Origin: a virus
Lineage: Duplodnaviria > Caudoviricetes
Length of the DNA: 39,745 nucleotides
Virus record (IMG/VR): IMGVR_UViG_3300020045_006736
Span: 1-39,745 of that record
Reading direction: 5' to 3' (one strand)
In this document: in pieces, positions 35,004 to 39,745 of the stretch
How positions within the stretch are numbered: the stretch's first letter is position 1
Layout of the letters: every line of letters begins with the position of its first letter
Program-made: the position numbers and the translations under genes
Notes under the pieces: model-generated
Database searches by the model: none
What the model was told of the DNA's origin: nothing
What the model saw: the letters and a program-made list of their open reading frames with translations, nothing else

Positions 35004-35946
35004 TTTATACCACATACCGTCAGATCAGGGGAACACTGATGTTTATGTCTTTTACGGACAGGCTATCGGCGGTGCTAGTGATGGCACGGTTGCATGGTCA
35101 AAACCCCGTGGAAAGTCCATGTGCAGCATTTTCGCCGCTGGCGGCGGTGGCTCCGGCGGTGGCGGCTTTGTTGGTGCTGCTTCTGCGGCTGGCGGCGGTG
35201 CAGGTGGCGGATCGGGCGCGACCGGGTTTATCAATGTTCCGCTATGGCTGTTGCCAGACGTTCTCTATCTGATAGTAGGGCGCGGCGGCGCGACAGTCGC
35301 CGGTGGTTCGGCTGGTAATGCTGGCAACGCTACCAGAATATGTTTACAGCCAACAAGCAGTAATACCATAATGCTTTGCAACGGCGGTGGCGGGGGTGCA
35401 GCCGGTGCCGCAACCGGCGCGGCTGCGGCTGGCGTTGCTGGAACGGTTACGACGATAGGTAACGCACCATTAGCGTTGATGCACGGGTTGATGACAACTA
35501 ACGTCAACTTGGTAGGTCAAGCTGGTGGTGCTGGAGGCACCGCGACTTCTGCCGGGTTAGGTGGCACGGTCACAATCCCCACAACTGGCCTTGCTGTCAC
35601 GGGTGGCGGTGGCGGTGGCGCGATTGGCACTACTGGCAACGGAGCGGCTGGCGGCGCTATTACCGGATCGGGGATGATCCCTACTAGGGCTGGCGGTGTT
35701 GGTGGCGCGGGTGCTGGCGGCAAGGGTAATGCGGGCGCTAGATGGCCGTCGATTCGCGGGTTGATGTTTAACTTAGGCGGCTCAGGCGGAGCGGGATCAG
35801 CGTTTAACTCAGCAACATCCGGCGGTGACGGAGGCGACGGAGGCTTTGGTTGCGGCGGTGGCGGTGGCGGTGCTTGCTTGACCGCAGGAACCGGAGGCCG
35901 TGGTGGAAACGGCGGCCCCGGAATTGTCGTTATAACTTGCTGGTAA
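34996..35946 (+). CDS. Glycine-rich tail protein
   Basis: W.KP.G......GGGGSGGGG ... GG.GG.G.V.ITCW architecture. Confidence 0.75.
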   Translation: MLDLYHIPSDQGNTDVYVFYGQAIGGASDGTVAWSKPRGKSMCSIFAAGGGGSGGGGFVGAASAAGGGAGGGSGATGFINVPLWLLPDVLYLIVGRGGATVAGGSAGNAGNATRICLQPTSSNTIMLCNGGGGGAAGAATGAAAAGVAGTVTTIGNAPLALMHGLMTTNVNLVGQAGGAGGTATSAGLGGTVTIPTTGLAVTGGGGGGAIGTTGNGAAGGAITGSGMIPTRAGGVGGAGAGGKGNAGARWPSIRGLMFNLGGSGGAGSAFNSATSGGDGGDGGFGCGGGGGGACLTAGTGGRGGNGGPGIVVITCW

Positions 35947-35952
35947 TGCGCG

Positions 35953-36921
35953 GTGCTAGGTCACGCACCGCTTTCAACACTACCGCTTAGTACACTAGAA
36001 GTAGTAGCGGCTGGGGGAGTAACTACAACTCCTGGTGCGGGAAATTGCGAGTACACCGGGCAATCACCTACTGAAGCACAAACATTTTCTACGTCTCCCG
36101 GCGTCGGCAGTAAGGTCTACACCGGGCAGGCACCTACCGAAGCGCAGACGGCCAATGCGTTCACCGCGCCGGGCGTCGGCAGCAAGGTCTACACCGGTCA
36201 AGCGCCGACCGAAGCGCAGACGGCCAATGCGTTCACCGCACCGGGCGTCGGCAGTAAGGTCTACACCGGACAGGCACCGACCGAAGCGCAGACGTTCAAT
36301 GCGATAATCACTACGGGCGGAGGTGCTATCTTCTATATCGGACAAGCACCGTCCGAGGCGCAGACGTTTAGTTCCTCACCCGGATTCGGAGCTATTCAGT
36401 ATTTAGGACAGCAACCTACTGAGCTGGAACAAGCCAATCAGTACACCGCCCCGGGTAATGGGGAAGAAATATATGCAGGAGCGCAAACCACACTAAGAAC
36501 TCAGTATTATTCGTACACTAATTTTGGAACAGTCTCATATTCCGGAACTAGCGGCAGTCTTAACTTGGCAATCCCGAGTGCATCCGGAGCGGTTCTATAC
36601 GCCGGGTTAACAGCCGAAATTTATCAGAATACTATAAGAAATACAGGATTCGGAGAAGCTAATTACCAAGGTCTGCAACCAAGTTACTCTCGAACAACAG
36701 ATTTTTATGCGTACTTAGTTCCAGGTGCTATAATTTATACTGGGCTGGATCCCATACCTAACCCGAGCAAAATAGTTCCGGATCAATCAGTTGATTGGAT
36801 TATTTGCGAAGCGGCATTCCCCAAGATTGTAGTAAGTGATCCGATAAAAACTGTTTTTGCTGTGGAAGGTATAAGAACTGTATTCACAGTAGAAGTCGGA
36901 AAGATGCTGGTACCCTGGTAA
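35953..36921 (+). CDS. Tail protein, shorter paralogue of 31238-33727
   Basis: Same repeat unit (~36031-36370) and a homologous C-terminal region (QY.SY.NFGTV.Y.GTSG). Confidence 0.75.
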   Translation: MLGHAPLSTLPLSTLEVVAAGGVTTTPGAGNCEYTGQSPTEAQTFSTSPGVGSKVYTGQAPTEAQTANAFTAPGVGSKVYTGQAPTEAQTANAFTAPGVGSKVYTGQAPTEAQTFNAIITTGGGAIFYIGQAPSEAQTFSSSPGFGAIQYLGQQPTELEQANQYTAPGNGEEIYAGAQTTLRTQYYSYTNFGTVSYSGTSGSLNLAIPSASGAVLYAGLTAEIYQNTIRNTGFGEANYQGLQPSYSRTTDFYAYLVPGAIIYTGLDPIPNPSKIVPDQSVDWIICEAAFPKIVVSDPIKTVFAVEGIRTVFTVEVGKMLVPW

Positions 36922-36951
36922 GTACGGAAATTTTTAGTTGGAGGCATAATA

Positions 36952-37470
36952 ATGTTTTACCCCGCATTGCAGAAAGGCCCGTATAAAGTTCCAGGGTTCC
37001 ACGACCCGGACGCAAAGAGAATAGTCGGGCTAATACTACGTCCTGATCCGTGGACTTCCGGGCTGGTCTATTATAAATATGATGACGACAATTACGATAT
37101 TGTCATTCCATCGGTTTTCACAGGGCTGTATTACAAAGTTAAGCAACCGGGGCTTTCTGGAGGCACCGAGCCGACATGGGTTAAGATACCCGGCGAAGAA
37201 ACAGCAGATTCAACAAACGGGCTCGTTTGGGAAGCGGTTCTGTACAACCTGATGCCGGTAGGAGAGAATATTTCTGCGGTGACGTACCTTACGACTGACG
37301 GTGTTACGGTGTCCGCTACCAGTTTTACCAACAATACGATCCAGTTCACAATAGACCCCTTGCCTCCAGCGGCAGAGGTAACTGGGCGATTTGATGTTAC
37401 TGTCCATGTAACGAAATCAACGAGTGCGATAGCGGATTACACGCTTCGTTTTAAAGTTGCAGAACGATAG
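36952..37470 (+). CDS. Putative fibre-tail adaptor protein
   Basis: DPDA...W N-part and GE.IS...G.TV...VT..VT...V.ER C-part; GGAGG SD. Confidence 0.55.
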   Translation: MFYPALQKGPYKVPGFHDPDAKRIVGLILRPDPWTSGLVYYKYDDDNYDIVIPSVFTGLYYKVKQPGLSGGTEPTWVKIPGEETADSTNGLVWEAVLYNLMPVGENISAVTYLTTDGVTVSATSFTNNTIQFTIDPLPPAAEVTGRFDVTVHVTKSTSAIADYTLRFKVAER

Positions 37471-37544
37471 CATTATGTTGTTGAAATTCATGATACAATC
37501 GCGCGAAATAGCACCTTCGGCATAATCCCAGTGGTGATCGTTAA

Positions 37545-38768
37545 GTGCCCTTAGCAAGAATACAGTTTAATGGGATGAACAATTTGAGTCCGGATGACTC
37601 GGTTCCGCCAGGAAAAGCGCGTAATATCGTTAATTGCGACGTAGACGACTATGGAAATGTGCGCTTTCCGAGGCAGGGAAGTGCTAAGGTTTATTCGGGA
37701 TCAGATTGTCATTCCTGGTTCAGTCATGAGACTGACACGTCTTTAGGGCTATTCGTTGAAGGTGGGGTGCTTAAGCGGTTAAATTCAGATTTAACGGCAG
37801 CATCGCTAAAAACGGTTGGCGATTCCAAGATGAGCTATTGCCGCCTCGGGGATACGGTTTTCTTCTCGAACGGCATTGTCAGCGGACGGCATAAGTTCGA
37901 GACGTTATTCGAGTGGGGTGTTGATAACCCTCCGATACAGCCTACGGCAACGGTAACACAAACTGGCGGGATGTACGCGGGGGATTACCTAGTCGCCATC
38001 ACATGGTTGTCGAACGGTGAAGAGTCTGGGTCGGTTAACGCCAGGGTCGTGTCGGTTCAAGACGGCGGCGGAATACGGTTGACTGCGTTTCCAGAACCCC
38101 CTGCCTACGTTGATACCGTAGCGGTGTACGTATCGAGTGTGAACGGTGCCGATTTGTATTTGTACGACGAGTTTCCGGCGAGCGCTGATGAAGTGACGGT
38201 CAGGTACTTCGTCGGCACGATCAAGTTGGAGTATCAGTTTGTCCAGAAGGTTAAACCGGGTCTTGGGTTGACAGTACACAACGGGCGCATTTACTGGCGA
38301 GACGGGTCGATGATCCGGTTCACCGATGCGCACCGGTACGGAACTTACAGCGCGTTCAATTACATCCCGTTCGAGGACGAGGTGACGAATATCGTCAGCT
38401 TGCCGACGGTACTGTTTGTGACTACCCGAAAGGCCATATACCGGGTGGACGGAATCGATACCGATCAGATGACATTGATAACGGTCAAAACGTGCGGCGC
38501 GGCAACCGATTCTGTTTGCTACGATGAAGTGGATAAAGTCGCGTATGTAATGTCGGACAGGGGCTTTATTCTGCTTGCCCAAGAGGGTGTTAAAGAGCTT
38601 CACGGCGATCAGGTTATTCCACCGACATTTAATCGAGGTGTTACCGCGATCCTGTCGCAAAATGGATTCAGGAAGTTGGTTTTTGTAGGGCAGAACGCAG
38701 TAGCGCACGCACTACAGCATCCAGAATATAGTGCCAGCGAGGTAGCACGGAAAGGCAGCAATTTGTAG
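37545..38768 (+). CDS. Putative tail nozzle / virion stabilisation protein
   Basis: F.G.NN......P......N.D.D..G....R.G N-terminus and beta-propeller-like composition. Confidence 0.6.
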   Translation: MPLARIQFNGMNNLSPDDSVPPGKARNIVNCDVDDYGNVRFPRQGSAKVYSGSDCHSWFSHETDTSLGLFVEGGVLKRLNSDLTAASLKTVGDSKMSYCRLGDTVFFSNGIVSGRHKFETLFEWGVDNPPIQPTATVTQTGGMYAGDYLVAITWLSNGEESGSVNARVVSVQDGGGIRLTAFPEPPAYVDTVAVYVSSVNGADLYLYDEFPASADEVTVRYFVGTIKLEYQFVQKVKPGLGLTVHNGRIYWRDGSMIRFTDAHRYGTYSAFNYIPFEDEVTNIVSLPTVLFVTTRKAIYRVDGIDTDQMTLITVKTCGAATDSVCYDEVDKVAYVMSDRGFILLAQEGVKELHGDQVIPPTFNRGVTAILSQNGFRKLVFVGQNAVAHALQHPEYSASEVARKGSNL

Positions 38769-38823
38769 TAGTTTTATATTTTTCGTGCTGTGAAGCACTA
38801 CGATCCCATGTGAGGAAACATCA

Positions 38824-39645
38824 ATGGCAAATTTAGCAGAACTTAAATGGTACCTGTCTGGGGGCGCGGCTAACTCGAACCCAGTATTGAGCACCGGCGG
38901 CATCATCTCATCGACACAAGTTTTGTCGCAACTGGCGACCGCAGTAACCACAACCATTTCCGGCGTAACGCTGGGGGATGCTTCCGGCAACACGTTGGGC
39001 ACCGGAACGCTTACTTTCACCTACTCGGCTACCGCGCCGACATTGCAGTGGACGCCACCGTCCGGCTCAATAGGCACCGCGGTCAACGTAGCGAGCAACG
39101 GCACCTACGCCTTGCAGGGCGGCAACAACGGCGGCGTTCTGATTGTGACGGTGGTTTCCGCGTCACTGCCGGGATCCAACAAGACCGATACCATTACCAT
39201 CACGGCGCAAGATCAGAAGATCTTCGACGACCTTACTAAAGCGCAGTCGAAAGATGGTCGCATCGAGTTTCGCTGTCTTTACCTTAAAAACACCGGTACC
39301 GTGGCGACTACCGACGATAAGGTGGACGTTGAAATCTGGATCGAAAGCAACACCCCCGGCGATGACGTAATCTCGATAGGCCTTGCTACGCAGGCGCCGA
39401 GCGACGGCGCAACCGGTGTGGCGGGTACCAACTACCCAGCGGACACTGGCAGTGAAACCGGAACGCCAGCCGGTGTTACCTTTTCAAGCCCTACTTCAGC
39501 AGCGCCTTTGACAGCGTTCAACCTGTCCTCTACAGCAGGAACTACATACGCCAAAGGGCTTTGGATCAAGCGAGAAGTTCCAGCCGGTACGTACACCCAG
39601 ACGCTGAACAACACCTTTCGTATCGGATTCCGCGCGAAAGTGTAA
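38824..39645 (+). CDS. Putative virion structural protein
   Basis: LSGGA.NS.P..S.GG, FDD.......G..E.RC.Y..N and .WI.R.VPAG motifs. Confidence 0.65.
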   Translation: MANLAELKWYLSGGAANSNPVLSTGGIISSTQVLSQLATAVTTTISGVTLGDASGNTLGTGTLTFTYSATAPTLQWTPPSGSIGTAVNVASNGTYALQGGNNGGVLIVTVVSASLPGSNKTDTITITAQDQKIFDDLTKAQSKDGRIEFRCLYLKNTGTVATTDDKVDVEIWIESNTPGDDVISIGLATQAPSDGATGVAGTNYPADTGSETGTPAGVTFSSPTSAAPLTAFNLSSTAGTTYAKGLWIKREVPAGTYTQTLNNTFRIGFRAKV

Positions 39646-39671
39646 GCTACCTAACTGCGTAAGGAGCAGGC

Positions 39672-39745
39672 ATGGCAACGATAACTCCTAACAAGACGCA
39701 AGGGCAGACGTTACTTGCCCATACGCAGCAGGCGACGGCTACGGT
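39672..39745 (+). CDS. 5' end of next gene (truncated by window edge)
   Basis: AAGGAG SD; ATG 39672, open to the window end. Confidence 0.6.
   Translation, partial: MATITPNKTQGQTLLAHTQQATAT

Noticed and set aside
31903-36370. Diversity-generating retroelement TR/VR pair
   Set aside because: No reverse transcriptase is in the window, and differences between repeats are mostly synonymous rather than adenine-specific.
1-39745. Alternative genetic code or prophage boundaries
   Set aside because: Core genes are full length under the standard code, and no integrase, att site or host gene block is visible.

Overview
A 39.7-kb segment of a tailed dsDNA bacteriophage (or prophage) genome. A podovirus-like virion and a gammaproteobacterial host are inferred from the proteins. 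Essentially all real genes are on the + strand. Order: (1) a ~1.9-kb repeat-rich non-coding region with a candidate replication origin (ten TGTCCACC/GGTGGACA octamers); (2) early genes: three charged, coiled-coil-like proteins sharing a C-terminal Y-x-D-L-V tail, a DUF6745-like gene pair, an Rmf-like / sigma70 / CRP-like regulator trio, a C5 DNA methyltransferase and thyA; (3) lysis genes interleaved with packaging genes (holin, Rz with embedded Rz1, TerS, lysozyme, TerL); (4) portal, HU, scaffold, major capsid, adaptor; (5) a methyltransferase-MAF/MptE-like fusion, a free-standing HNH endonuclease preceded by a C4-like structured RNA, and an ORF-less group I intron interrupting a virion gene 13 nt into its reading frame; (6) two signal-peptide-bearing moron-like genes including a polysaccharide lyase; (7) tail genes with shared 72-bp/24-aa tandem repeats. 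No rRNA, tRNA, CRISPR array, integrase or reverse transcriptase was seen. All family assignments are by motif recognition; no database search was run.
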